Of a stretch of 64,000 bases of DNA, positions 34,041 to 49,000 are shown piece by piece. Position numbers and translations under genes: made by a program. The notes under the pieces were generated by a model. The model was not told where the DNA came from, did no database searches, and was given only the letters and a program-made list of their open reading frames with translations. This stretch comes from Antedon mediterranea (Eukaryota > Animalia > Echinodermata). The stretch spans positions 18,290,001 through 18,354,000 of the forward strand of contig NC_092671.1 of assembly GCF_964355755.1 (NCBI RefSeq), written 5' to 3'. The stretch's first letter is position 1, and each line of letters begins with the position of its first letter.

Positions 34041-37000
34041 TTAGAAGTAGAACTGCCTGCTTGCAGTGTTAGGTGTGAATAGGTAGCGATTTCGTCGTTC
34101 TCTCTCGTCATAATCACTACTATCTGTTGTATGTCCCTACAAGTTAAACAATATTAGTGTAAATATGTATTTTAAATCAATATAAAGTCTATAACTTTAT
34201 TATTATAATTTTTAAAGATTTTGCAGTTATAATTATTCACTTATGTTAAAAAAAAATTATTTAACACTATTGTTAAATATGCCATTTTAATGTGGCATAA
34301 TAGTTATCCACTTTGACCAAAAAACGGATGGTAAAAAAAATGTAATTTAAGTCAAATTGGCAAATTAACTATAAGTGAAAACATTTTTTTTTTCATTTTT
34401 TTCCCTATGAAAGTGATTAACTTTGTTAAAACTACAAAATGGTCTATTCAAAGTCTGATTTTATTATTTTTCATGTTTTTGTGGGACAATACATCTTTAA
34501 TTTTATTATATCATTTTAAAGCGCCTTTCCAGAGATGATCAAATCGTTGATAAGAAGGATTGAATTTTTATGATAATAATTTAGCCATAATAATTTGAGA
34601 GAAATTGATGTATCAGTTTAACCTAAATAAAAGTTTATTGTATGATTAATAATGATTATATTATATAATAATTATTTTATTATACATTTTAAGGATAATT
34701 TAGCATGTTTTAAATGCAAAGTTTGGTTTATGTTGAATTCGAGTTTTGATAATTTTTAAAATATCAAGGATAAAATCAATGTTCAGTTTAACCGCAATAA
34801 AAATTTAATTTATAAGTATATACTGTAGTTTTTAATAATTATTTTATTATATATTTGTAGGAGAATTGAACACGCTTTAAATGTTGAAATTACATGCCGC
34901 AAGAAGGAAAAACAAAAATTTAAAAAATTAAATCACAGACGCTTGAACAAACAAAATGAAATCAAGGAATGTAGAATTGTTCTATTCAATTCTATTCTGT
35001 AAACGCTATCCCTAGTTGTCAGAAAAAGTGTGATTTGCCCAAATATGGTAGTGATACTCCCAAATATGGTAGTGATATGGGCACATCACATTTTGTTGTC
35101 AAATAAAGTTTAATAGTGTAGACAGAGCTTTATAATGGCTTTATCTTGGTTCCCACTAGGATGCAACGCATAGACGTAAGCGCACCGCAAACGTAATTTT
35201 ACCAACCACGTTAATCATCTAAACTGTCGATTGTGATTGGTCAACTCACTTGCGTTGCACGTACGCCAGTCCAAATGGGAACATCATTTTTGTTCACAGT
35301 ATTTTGTGTGATTTTTGGAAACACATTTAAACCCTAGGATAATAATATTTAAAGCCATACCTCCAATGCACTAGCTTCCATTCCTGTAGCAACATATGGA
35401 CGCCTGAATTGATTGGATGACACCTCGGATTCATCAGATTGTGTTGACGATCGTACTTGATTCTGTAAAATGAATATTTACGAATAATTATTGTTGAGGT
35501 AAAATGAAGTATTCTAACTATCCATAATAAATAAACGAATCAATCAATCGACTAATCAATCTTTGTATTAATTAATTATCAATGATATTAATACATTAAC
35601 TAATTATTCAATAAACACTAATAAATAATCAACTAAGCAAATCAATCTATCAACTAATCAATATACTATAATTAATTTATACATCGATTAACAATCAAGT
35701 AATACATTAAAAATACTGATCAATCCAATACTTTTATAATTAATAGATCAATCAATATAATCAATTAAAAGTAAAACCAGAATTTAATCCAGCTATCAAC
35801 ATTTATCCCTAAGATTGGCAAGAAAGCATGTCCAGCATGTTTTTTATAATATTTATGTTGTATTTCAGGGTTAGGTGCTTCTGGTGGTGTTGTCGTAGCT
35901 CGTTGGGGACCATGCTCTTTGGGGTATCATGCTACTTTTTAATATATAATTTTGACAGCCTATTAATATTATGTTACCGCTCCCCTTGTTTAACAAATCC
36001 TGGATCCGCCTCTACATATCATAAACACATTTTAAAATAAATATTAAATAAATATTTCAAGTATTATATTATTTTATCTTTTTACTATGTATTATTTGTT
36101 AGTGGAAAAGCTCCACACCACATGTGCATATTGTGTACTCTTTATTTTACCTTGAAATAAATAAAGAAATTACAATACCGTAAAATCTCGAACAGAAGAC
36201 CCCCTGGGCTTCATTTAGAAAAGAAACCCATCTCAAAAAGTAGCTCCCCTATTTGGAAAATAATCTTGAAAAGAAGCCCACCCAAGAGTACAAAAACAAG
36301 TACAAGCCATGGGCTTCTTTTCGAGGTTTTATAGTTTACAATACTTACAGTTAGATACGATGATCTGTTGAGTACACCAGCTAAGTGGCGCATTCTGGAA
36401 TCTATACTATTATGACGAGAATAGTCATCATTTGATTCGGTCTCGAAATCTGTCGTGAACACTGGCATTCCGGCCGTTGAATTACGCACCATGAAGGGGC
36501 CTTGCTGCTGCTTACTACGAAATTGGAACTTATCGTGTTGTTTACGACGGATGAGTATGATGAACACGATGAGCAGTAGTAATGCAATCGCTAGGATCAC
36601 GCATGATACAATCACAACAATTAACACTACGATTCCAGATGAAGCTGTCGGGCAAAATAGATTACATAAAATTAGACACATTACTTTTGGATTTCTCTGT
36701 GGTTTTAAGCTTTATTTAGAGAATTTGTTTATCTAATTTGCACAGCTATCCCAGTTTTTTCAGGTACTGAATTATATATTTTAAAAAAATATATAAAAAT
36801 TGGCTTCACTTACTTTCATCCTGACATTGTGTTCCTTCATATCCTTCCAAACATCTGAAAAAAAATTACCCAATAAATTTGTTATTACACATTATATACA
36901 TAAAATCAAGTTGAAATCATTGAAAACCAACAAAATAAGACCACCCAATCAAGACATAAATGTGGCAAAACTGTGCTATCTTCAGAAGTTTGGATTTTTT

Positions 37001-40000
37001 CATTATACAAATCATTTATTTCACTAAATAATAATTTCATAGATTAGATCTTCATGCTCTACTCAGTGATTTGATATAATATTCAATCACTGTAGTTTGT
37101 TTATCTATAGGCCTATTTCCTACTTCTTCATTTTGTGTTTTTTATTCGGACCCCAATGGAAACCAATTCTTTTTTTATAATTAATTGGGTTGTCCTGAAT
37201 TCATCATCAAAGGTTTTTCATTTGTTTTTTTTTGCCTTATCATTTGACTGTTTTCCCCTTTTCTGTTTTTTTAAATATAATAAATGAGGATATATTATTA
37301 AACAAATAAATCAGTATTAATATTGAGAAATCTACCACTGAAGCTACACATTCTTTGACAACATTTAAACATATCAATTGCCGAAATCGTAAGTGTAACT
37401 TTTCATAAGCATAAAATAAAAAAAAATCTCTCATTTATTAGTGCTCATGAACAACATTCTTAAACAATAAATTTAAGAATACTGTTTATTTATTTGTTGG
37501 TATTTAGTTCATTTAACTTATAAGTATTTCAAAAAATAATTCACAAATAAAAACACAGCCATTACATAATTGTACTTACCTACATACTCTCTCTAGTAAA
37601 TCATTTACTGTACAATCCCCATTCCCATTACAATGTAAATCGTCATCACATACAATAGGAGTATCTACAAAGAGAACAGTGAATATATATAAATTTCAGT
37701 ATATCACCGGGTGGTTTAGAATTAATGTTCTTTGCCTGTTGTGTTTATATATCATTCATTTATAAATCATAAAAGGATGAAAATCTGGAAGGCTAAAACC
37801 TTGTCTACACTATCTAAGTAGTCATATGCCCAAACATAGTAGTGATATGACATCATCGTGTCCATACAGTACTGTATATGTGCACATCAAATTTTTGTCA
37901 CATAAAGTTTGATAGTGACATTGTTATGCCTTGTTTGACAATTAGCAATAAAGCCTTGTCTACACTATCAAACTTTATGTGACAAAAAATGTGGACAAAC
38001 ATGATGATGTTATATCACTACCATGTTTGGGCATATCACTACCATATTTGGGCACATCACACTAGTTTGATAGTGTAGACAAGGTTAGCTTCAGGTTTAG
38101 AGCTTGCTTGTTGCTGACAACATTATAATTTGGCAGCAGTATTAGGTCGGGATCGTGTATAAATAAGTGCTAAAGTACTTTTTTCAAAATGTAAGATTGG
38201 AAGTTCTATAGCACAGCTTTTTATGATTTAACAAGGTTGGTTCAAAGGTTAACATTTTACAATAAAGAATAAACAAGCTACTCTTCAAACAACATCATTG
38301 TTCTTCTTTTCTAGTACTGTACTGTCCCCGAAAAACATGAATGACGATAATAAAAGACTTTGAATATGCCATTTTGCAGTTTTAATAAAGTCAATCAGTT
38401 CCGTAGAAAAACAAATGTTTTTACTTTAAAAACACTTCCAGTCATTTTTTGCTTTAAGATCCAGTTTTTCAGGTAAATAATTTTGTTTTTGACTCAAGTT
38501 TTTGTCAAAGTGAATAAATGCAATATTAAAATGGCATATTCAACAAAAACATTAAAATAAATAATTTTTTCAGGGGAAATAATATATCTTATATCAATAA
38601 TTTGTACAGTATAGGTAGTGATTAAAATATGATTTCATTCTAGCTCATCTCTTATTGTTTTATGTTATCAAGCTCTACCTCCATATTATACATATATGTA
38701 TGAATTTTAACTTTTTTTCACCTGTTTTTAATTTTAACTTTATGATTCCTATTGTATCTTTATGTTTGAATGTTGTTTGTATATTTTTAAGAGAGGGCCT
38801 CTTCAAGTCAGCTGTACTGCTGTTGTACAGCTGTTAGAGCTACCCTTGTAAAACAAAGTTTAATAAATAATGTATTTAATTTTTAAAAAAAATAAATAAA
38901 CAGCATACCTTCACCCACAGCATCGTGTTCAACATCAAGGGTTACACTTCTACCATCGTCCAACGTAATTACCCCATTAGTGGAACTCATAATTAGATTT
39001 TGTAGGAGTTGATTGGCTTGTTCAGTTGAGTTGGTAAGGAAGTCTAATAGATACACTGCAATAATACTCCCGTCTTTAAATCCTACTAACGAGCTTTGGT
39101 AAAAAGTGTACGGATACTCAGTACTGTAGTAATCGTCGACCTGTAGAATGTTTGAATGTGTTTTAATACAGTGTGATAATTTGAATAAAATGGTAAAGTG
39201 TAGTAGCAGAGGGGGATTTATGATTTTGAGTTAGAGGGACGAGGTCCTAAAAAGTATGACCCTTGTTTTGCATTGCAATATTGGAAATATGGAGGGGGCG
39301 GGGTGGTATGCCCAGCCCTCAGCCATAATATTGGCAAGTTTCGAGGCTCACTCACCCCTTGGTTCTGGTGGTGGAACAAGTTTTCTCAGAAAAGAATGTA
39401 AATGGTAGGACAAGTATACACAACATGAGACAAGTAGGGGTTAACCGGTGTACTAGTTCACACATAGGCACTGTATTAAGTGCCTTAAATTATCCACTGG
39501 AACAGTTTTGACCGAATAGGTCCCCAGTATAATCACAAATAAATATACAGTACTAAGTTTTAATACTTACAACAGCTAATATTACTTTAGCAATGGACTG
39601 ATATAATTCTGATGAACTATCCGCAAGGTCATCAACATATTGTGCTAAGTCTGCTGACCCATTAACTTCTATCACTCGTAATTCACCGCGATATTGGAGT
39701 GAAACTATAAAAGGAGGTAAAAGTAATGTTTTAAAAAAAGTAATATGTTAACCGAAAATATCATTTTTGTGATTGAGGGTCAGACCTATCTTTGGATCAC
39801 AAATATAGTATACAAAATATACAGCAGTGGAACTGTGGTGGTTGACACGCTTGGTTCAACTCTTTTTTTGGCAATCAAAGGGCCCTCTCACACTGGGGAC
39901 AGAGCGTCGTGAAGTGCAAAGTCACTGACTTATCTGTCCATTATCTACGCCATTGTTCAAATCCGGAGTGTCACAGTACAAGGATTGTTTTAGATTCCCA

Positions 40001-43000
40001 TTGCATAATTGGCTAGTAATGTATTTTCTGATTTTTCACAAAGTGTAAAAAAATTGTATTTGGATAAGCTTTTCAAATAAGCACATGAAGAAAATATTTA
40101 GCTTTGCTACTGACCTAAACATTCTCCATTCGTTGAAGGTACAAAGCCTGGCGAGCATGTACATGTGTAACTTCCGATTGTATTCGTACAGTCTTTATTT
40201 GATCCACAAGGACTGCTGGTATCACATTCATTGATATCTAAGTTAATGGTAACAAACGTTAAATGTAAAAAATAATAATTTATGTGAATAATGGATAGTG
40301 ATCAAAAAGTGAGGAAGAATGCATTGAAAAGGCACAAAAAGGATGGCAATGTTGCTGTTGAATAAATGAGACACCATGGAATAACATATAGCAGTAGTAA
40401 CAAGGTTCTATTAAACATCTTCTTTTTTAATTCTATGATCTATTACGTCAATTAGCTGTATTAAGTCAATTAGCTGTTACTGAATCTTTTCCTAATCTTT
40501 TATTCATCTTTTTTTTATATTCATTTGTTAATAATTTATAACTATAAATTTTATATTAGTTAAGATCAGGGAGTGCTGACACTTGTAGTTATAGTAATCT
40601 TATTTACTTTAGAAGTCCCTGACCAATTTATCTCTGTATATTTATGGTTTGTTGGTCAAATACATAAATGATTACAAATTGTAGCACACAGATCAAACAG
40701 TATTAGGCTTTAGATCTTACCAATACAGGCGTTATTGCCGTCACGTTGATATCCTGTGTCACAATCACAAGTGTAGCTACCATCTGTATTCACACACATT
40801 TCATTTGTCGAACATGGATCGTCATCACATTCATTGTAATCTAGAATGAAATAAAAATTCAGATTCAGATTGAGATAATATTTATTTAGATAATAATGAA
40901 TGAATATATACAAAATAGAAAAAAGATATTAAAGTGAACATAGATAAAGCAGTAATTGGTAGTCATTATTATCATGGATCCCTTCTAGAAGTTAAAAACT
41001 TGTCTCGTAGGGACCCATAACAAAACACATTACTAAAAAAATAAAAATAACCTAGAATATATAATTATATAATTTAGGATACAAAATTACAGTATAATAA
41101 CATAACTAACATCTTCTTTATAAAAATTATTTAAATTATATTTCAATGGTTTCATGATAATTATAAATGAAATAACTACCGATATTGGTAAATGAAAAAA
41201 AAATATGTATACATACATTATAATTCCAGTATATATATAGTATATACTATATATACATTATATATAGTATAGATTAAAGATTGCAATAATAAACAACAAC
41301 TAATATTTTGTGTAAGACATAAATAGTATATGAGTATAAATAATGATAATAAGCATATTAACTAAGCAGTATAATATTTAGATATATAATGATTCTTTAA
41401 CTTTTTTCGGAAAGTAAATAATGATATTGACGTTTTGATATTTGGTGGGATATGATTCCACAAATTAGGACCTGATATAGTTATAAAAAATTTAGTTTTT
41501 GTAAGTCTAGCAAAAGGAATGTTTAAATGAGAAGTTCTTAAATTGTAATTGTGAAATTTGGTACGTTTACAGAGCATATCAATCATAGAAATAGGAAGTT
41601 GGTTTTTAAAATAATTAAACATAAAACTGGCAACTTGAACATTGTGGATATCCGTTAATTTTAATATACCAAGACGTTTAAAAAGGGGTTCAGATGAGGT
41701 TCTATATGGTGAAAAAGTAATAATTCTAGCTGCACGTTTTTGTAATTTAGTTAATCTAGCAATATTAGAAGAGTAATCTGCAGCCCAAATAATGTTACAA
41801 TACTGGAAATAAGGAAGTACAAGTGTGTTATAAAGAGAAATTAAAATATTTAGAGGGAAGAAGTGCTTAAGTCTGTTAATAATACTAATAGATCTTGATA
41901 TTTTTTTCGAAACGTAATTTTGATGACTTTGATGACTGGTCCATTTGAGGTTTTCATGAATATATACACCTAAAAAAAGTGTTTCAGTTTTGCGTTCAAT
42001 TTGAATTCCGCCAAGAAGTATATTTAGGTCATCAACTTTTAGTTTACGTTGAGAATTGTGAAAAATTAAATAATTTGTTTTAAGAGTATTAATAAGTAAT
42101 TTTTTTGAAATAAACCAGTCACAAAATTGTGTTAATTCATCATTGAATGTAGTAAATAATAAATCAATATTGGAATTAGAGTAAAATAAGGTGGTGTCGT
42201 CGGCGAAGGATATTACTTGCAATTTGTTACTGACATTAGCCAGATCATTAACATAAATAAGGAAGAGCAATGGCCCAAGCACAGATCCCTGTGGCACTCC
42301 GCAAGTAATATCCATCGTCGACGATGTACAAGATCCTAATGCAACATATTGTTTTCTATCTTTCAAATAACTATTAAACCAATTCAATGAAATACCTCTA
42401 ATTCCATAGCACTCAAGTTTTTTAATTAAATTATCGTGATTAATAACATCGAAGATTGAAAGATCAATAAATAAACTTAATAAATTTTCTTTTGATTCAA
42501 ATGAATTTGTAATATTATTAATAAGATCTAAAACGGCATGGGATGTAGAGTGATTTTTTCGAAAACCATATTGGCGTTTATTAAGTATATCAAATTTTGT
42601 GAGATAATCAGAAAGTTTAGAATACATGAGTTTTTCAATAATTTTGGAAAACACTGAAAGTAGTGATATTGGCCGGTAATTAGATAATTGACTTCGTTCA
42701 CCTTTCTTGAAAATGGGCACAACTTTAGCTAGTTTTAAGTGTGTTGGAAAAGTGCCAGATAAAAAAGATGAATTTATACAATGGGTAAGTTGGTGGATGA
42801 TTAAGGGAGATACAGATTTTAAGACACGAGCAGTAATACCGTCAGATCCAGACCCTTTATTAGAATTTAGATTGTATATAGTTAGGTTAACATCATCAAT
42901 TGAAACTGGGCTAATATAAAATGAGTTGGCAAACGCAGAATGAAGATAAGATAATGGATCAGTTATATTAGTTGGCATACTATTAATAAGATTAGGACCA

Positions 43001-46000
43001 ATTGTAGAAAAATAGTTGTTAAACGATTCACATATCTCTTTTGAGTTTTGTAAATATTATCACCGTCTTTAATTAGATTCGGGTGCTTGTTATTATTATT
43101 ACCTTTATTTAAAACAGAATTTATTACAAGCCATATGTTCTTCAGATTACCTTTATATCTATCAAACTGGGAAGTATAATAATTCTTTTTAGCAGTGCGA
43201 CAAAGATTAGTGAAAATATTATTATATTTTGTATAGTTTAATTTGTCATTATTACTACGTGTGTGCATATATTTGTTATAAAGTTTATGTTTCCGAGAAC
43301 TACATTTTAAGAGAGCAGATGACATCCATGGTTGTTTAAACGTTTTATTTGATTTTATACTACTTTTAACCAAGTGTCTGGAGTGGATATTTGTAAATTT
43401 TTCAATAAATATATCAAAACTCAATCTTGGGTCACAATCAAATATCATAGACCAGTCTTCACCTTCTAAATCAATCGATAAGGCATTTAGGTCGTTTATA
43501 CGAAATGAATAGTTGGCGCTATTATCATCAAGGTTTTGATCATTAATTTCTTGATCAATGAACTGAAATATAGGAAGGTGGTCGGAGATATCATTAAGTA
43601 AAACACCAGCAACTATTTTATAGTTAGATTGTTTGGAATAAAAATGATCAATCAAGGTGGCCGAAGTTGAGGTAATCCTAGTTGGTTTTGAAATAGTTGG
43701 AAAAAAAGAATGGGAAATTAAGGTATTTAGGTAGGTGTTTGTTAATTTATGGTTATGGAATTTTAATAAATCAATATTGAAGTCTCCCATGAGATGACAA
43801 TTTTTGTTTTCATTGTTAATTTGGGTTAATACATTATCGACGGATTTAGTAAAAGAATCTAGCCCTCCACAGGGGGCTCTGTAAATAATGCCTATAATAT
43901 CATTTTTTGTCTTTGAATTTTCAATCTCAACAAAAAGTGATTCGGAAAGGTCGTCTGGTAATTTTAAGTCATTTCGAATTGTAATGCTAATATCATTACG
44001 TATAAAAAATGCAACTCCTCCGCCAATTTGATTATTGCTTCTATTGCTTGCAAAGAAGGAGTAGTTATTAATGAAAGGAATAGGGGAGTTTTCATTAAGC
44101 CATGTTTCACTGATACCGATTATGGAAAATTTGTTATTAATTGAATTCAAAAGGCATTCGAGATCATTAACTTTATGCGTAATACTTCTAATATTAAGAT
44201 GCAGGAGAGATAGTTTAGTATTAAAGGATGTATTAAACTTAGAATTAAATTGTGAATAATCATAAAAGCTGCATTCATCTAGGGTAACTGACTGTGAATT
44301 GAGATTATTAATTAGTTGATCAAAAGATTCATCATATTTGTCATTTTCATTGTAATTAACTGGATTAAAGGTTATGTTAGAAATATCATTGTTGTTAGTA
44401 AGTTCAGAGTTCACATTAAAGTCATAAAAAGGAAGTAAGTGAAGATAATTAACATTCATTAACAATAGCTGCGTATTAAAAATAATAAAAATGTATTGAA
44501 AGGTATGGTTTTAGTCCAAGAAATAACATCAAATTCGTTTGAAAAAAATGACCTGGATAATTAAATAAAGCTTACCGATACAATTGTTACTGCCATCACG
44601 AACATAACCTGTGACACAAGCACAAGTGAAGCTTCCAATCGTGTTACTACAAACTTCATTTGTCGAACATGGATTCATATCATCACACTCATTATCATCT
44701 AGAATGAAATATCAATGGAATTTTAATTATCAATGGTATTGTTCTACCTAGAGAAGTGATTTTAAAGGAAAAACTGTATGAAATTTGTAATAACACATTT
44801 TACAATGTACCGAAAAATCAAATAATATCAAACCTTACCGACACAATCGTTGCCATCACGCTCATACCCAGAGTCGCATTCACAAGTGTAGCTTCCAATC
44901 GTATTATTACAAACTTCATTTGTTGAACATGGAGAAATAGTATCGCATTCATTTTGATCTTAAAAAAACAAACATAAAGCATCAACATGGTATGGTTCTA
45001 GTCTGAGAAATAATTCTAGAGGAAAAAGAACCGTATAGTTAGGCCATGTTAATTCATTGTACGCATGAGGCATGTTTCCTCACTCTATTTATTGACACAG
45101 TTTGGTCGTTTCTAGGTCCGGGCGACGACCAACAACACATCGATGCATAGGTCGCAGGTCATTGCCAATTTGCCAAATCTCCTTATTATTTGTAATCGAA
45201 AAGTTTATTAAACATAAGAATACTAAAAAAGAATACAGATGTCATCTGTCTTGTCCTATGAGTTTTAAACCACATCAAAGGAATATTTATATGGAATTAG
45301 CTTTCCTTTCAGTGGATGACTTACCTACACATACGCCGTCTACGCTAATAAAGCCTTGAGTTGCACAATTGCAAACGTAACTGCCCATCGTATTAGAACA
45401 AGTCGTGAACTCTGGGCAAGGATCATTATTACACTCATTAATATCTGTAAGAAAATGTTTCTTATATAATAATGTATAGAAACATAGGACGATGTAGTAC
45501 CTTTACTAAGGAGATAGAGGTCTTGTGAATTATAAAAATATTAATTTATAACCATCTTGTAAAAGGTTGTCAGAGATTAATGTGGTTTTTCACCACAAAA
45601 GAAAAAATCGAAATTTAGAATTTTTTCTGAAGATCAAGACTTACCAATACAGTCGTTATTGCCATCACGTTCATACCCAGAGTCGCATTCACAAGTGTAG
45701 CTTCCAATCGTATTATTACAAACTTCATTTGTTGAACATGGAGAAATAGTATCGCATTCATTTTGATCTAAAAAAACAAACATAAAACATCAACATGGTA
45801 TGGTTCTAGTCTGAGAAATAATTCTAGAGGAAAAGGAACCGTAAAGTTAGGCCATGTTAATACTAAGGAGAAAGAGGTCCTGTGAATTATAAAAATATTT
45901 ATTTAAAAACCATCTTGTAAAAGATTGTCAGATATTAATGTGTTTTTTTATCACAAAAGGAAAAATCCAAATTTAGAAATTTTATCTGAAGATCAAGACT

Positions 46001-49000
46001 TACCAATACAGTCGTTATTGCTATCACGTTCAAACCCAGTGACACAATCACAAGTAAAGCCACCAACAGTATTCTCACAAACTTCATTTGTCGAACATGG
46101 ATCGTCATCACATTCATTGTAATCTAGAATGAAATAAAAATGATAAAAATGTATTCCAAGAAATAACCTCAAATTCGTAAAAAAAAAAAAAAAAAAGACC
46201 TGGAAAATCAAATAAAGCTTACCGATACAATTGTTACTGCCATCACGAACATAACCTGTGACACACTCACAAGTGAAGCTTCCAATCGTGTTACTACAAA
46301 CTTCATTTGTCGAACATGGATTCATATCATCACACTCATTATCATCTAGAATGAAATATCAATGGAATTTTAATTATCAATGGTATTGTTCTACCTAGAG
46401 AAGTGATTTTAAAGGAACAACTGTATGAAATTTGTAATAACACATTTTAAAATGTACCGAAAAAACAAATAATATCAAACCTTACCAATACAGTCGTTAT
46501 TGCCATCACGTTCATACCCAGAGTCGCATTCACAAGTGTAGCTTCCAATCGTATTATTACAAACTTCATTTGTTGAACATGGAGAAAGAGTATCGCATTC
46601 ATTTTGATCTAAAAAAAAAACAAACATAAAGCATCACCATGGTATGGTTCTAGTCTGAGAAATAATTATAGAGGAAAAAGAATCGTAAAGTTAGGCCATG
46701 TTAATTCATTGTACGCATAAAGGCATGTTTCCTCACTCTATTTATTGACACAGTTTGGTCGTTTCTAGGTCAGGGCGACGACCAACAACACATCAATGCA
46801 TAGGTCGCAGGTCATTGCTAATTTCAAGCTCCTTATTATTTGTAATCGAAAAGTTTACTCAAAATAAGAAAACTAAAAAAGAATACAGATATTATCTGTC
46901 TTGTCCTATGAGTTTTAAACCACATCAAAGGAATATTTATATGGATTTAGCTTTCCTTTCAGTGGATGACTTACCTACACATACGCCGTCTACGCTAATA
47001 AAGCCTTGAGTTGCACAATTGCAAACGAAACTGCCCAACTTCTGTACGAAATCCAAAATCGCTTCCCGTCCCCTGACAAATTGTTTTTTTTAAACAAACA
47101 AACTGTCAACAAAACCAAGATGTGTGTGTGTGTTTTTGATACGTAGAGATAAAAAAAAGTGGACAAAAATCGAATGAAAAACACATTGCTGCGGAAACAC
47201 GAATTCAGTTTTTCATTTACATTTAATTTTTTTTTCACTGGTTTTGATATGTTGCAATTGTTTTTGTATGAGAGATTTGTTACGTACTTGCTACTTTTGT
47301 AATTAAAGTGTGGTCTACCAGAAACCCGTGCTCCGCACTGTTTGTCTACTTTAATAATAATTCACATGGCATGATTATTAAGTATAATAAAAGCGTATTT
47401 TTCCCGGCCACGATATTTCTTTTCGTCCATAAGTTGGGGACCCTATGAGACGTCACAAAATATGAATTAATATTCATTAATCATGTCCATAAGCTACGTT
47501 AGAAATTAACTAACAATTTGCTAATACAAAGGTTTTCTGTCGAGCCGTATGTGTGGTCCAGTGGATTAGGCTATGTCGATGTATGGGGTTCGAATCCGGT
47601 GAGCAAGTTCTTTTTAGTTTATAGTGAGAGAGATTATTTAGAGGGTTAGGTTTAGTTATATTTAGGAACTTAACTATCTTTCACATAAGGGACCCCAACT
47701 TCTGTACGAAATAAAAAATCGCTTCCCGGCCCCTGACAAATTGTTTTTTTTTAAACAAACAAACTGTAAACATGTGTTTTTTTAATTTACATTTTTGTTT
47801 ATTTCATGGTGTTTTATATTCCCCTTCACCCAACAACCTCCCATAAAATTCTCAAAACAATAATGACACAAAACTATACACCCAAAACGTTATTTATTAT
47901 TTATTTTGTGGAAACACGACACCCTATTTGAATTCGTTTTATTTGTGTGTGTTTTTTTTTTGTTGATATACATTTTTTTTCATGTGTGTTTTTTTTTCAA
48001 TTTTTTTTTTATTTTTTGGTATCTTTTTTGCTAGTTTTTTGCTAGTTTTGTAATTACATTGTGGTTTAGTTTTGATTTTTTAGCTTTAAACGGTGATATA
48101 TACACATGTCGCTGATTGAACGCGAACCTACTAAGCATTTAAAATGTTTAGCCTTTTTTTAGTGTTTAGCCTTAAAATTCAGGAAAGTGACATAGCCTAT
48201 CGTGTGCGGCCCCTCAAAAAACATCAGTGTGCCAAATGTGAGCACGTACCTTTCAGTGGTTTTTGGAGATACGTAAAATTACGCGAAAAATTTAGTAGCA
48301 TTAATATAGATAGCAACATAGCACGATGAAGTACATTTACTAAGGAGAAAGAGGTCTTGTGAATTATAAAAATATTAATTTAAAAACCATCTTGTAAAAG
48401 ATTGTCAGAGATTAATGTGGTTTTTCAACACAAAAGAAAAAAATCCAAATTAAAAATTTTGTCTGAAGATCAAGACTCACCAATACAGTCGTTATTGCTA
48501 TCACGTTCATACCCAGAGTCGCATTCACAAGTGTAGCTTCCAATCGTATTATTACAAACTTCATTTGTTGAACATGGAGAAATAGTATCGCATTCATTTT
48601 GATCTAAAAAAACAAACACAAAGCATCAACATGGTATGGTTCTAGTCTGAGAAATAATTATAGAGGAAAAAGAACCGTAAAGTTAGGCCATGTTAATACT
48701 AAGGAGAAAGAGGTCTTGTGAATTATAAAAATATTAATTTAAAAACCATCTTGTAAAAGATTATCAGATATTAATGTGTTTTTTTATCACAAAAGGAAAA
48801 ATCCAAATTTAGAAATTTTGTCTGAAGATCAAGACTTACCAATACAGTCGTTATTGCTATCACGTTCAAACCCAGTGACACAATCACAAGTAAAGCCACC
48901 AACAGTATTCTCACAAACTTCATTTGTCGAACATGGATTGTCATCACATTCATTGTCGTCTGAAATAAGATAAAAGGAAAAATCGTAAGAAAGGCTCTAC

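Larger units (their letters stand above)
44500..48960 (-). repeat. Intragenic tandem duplication of a five-EGF-exon module (about 1.65 kb)
   Basis: 44576/46223 and 44839/46486 are offset by 1647 bp; 45645/48481 and 46004/48840 are offset by 2836 bp. The introns are also similar. Confidence 0.9.
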
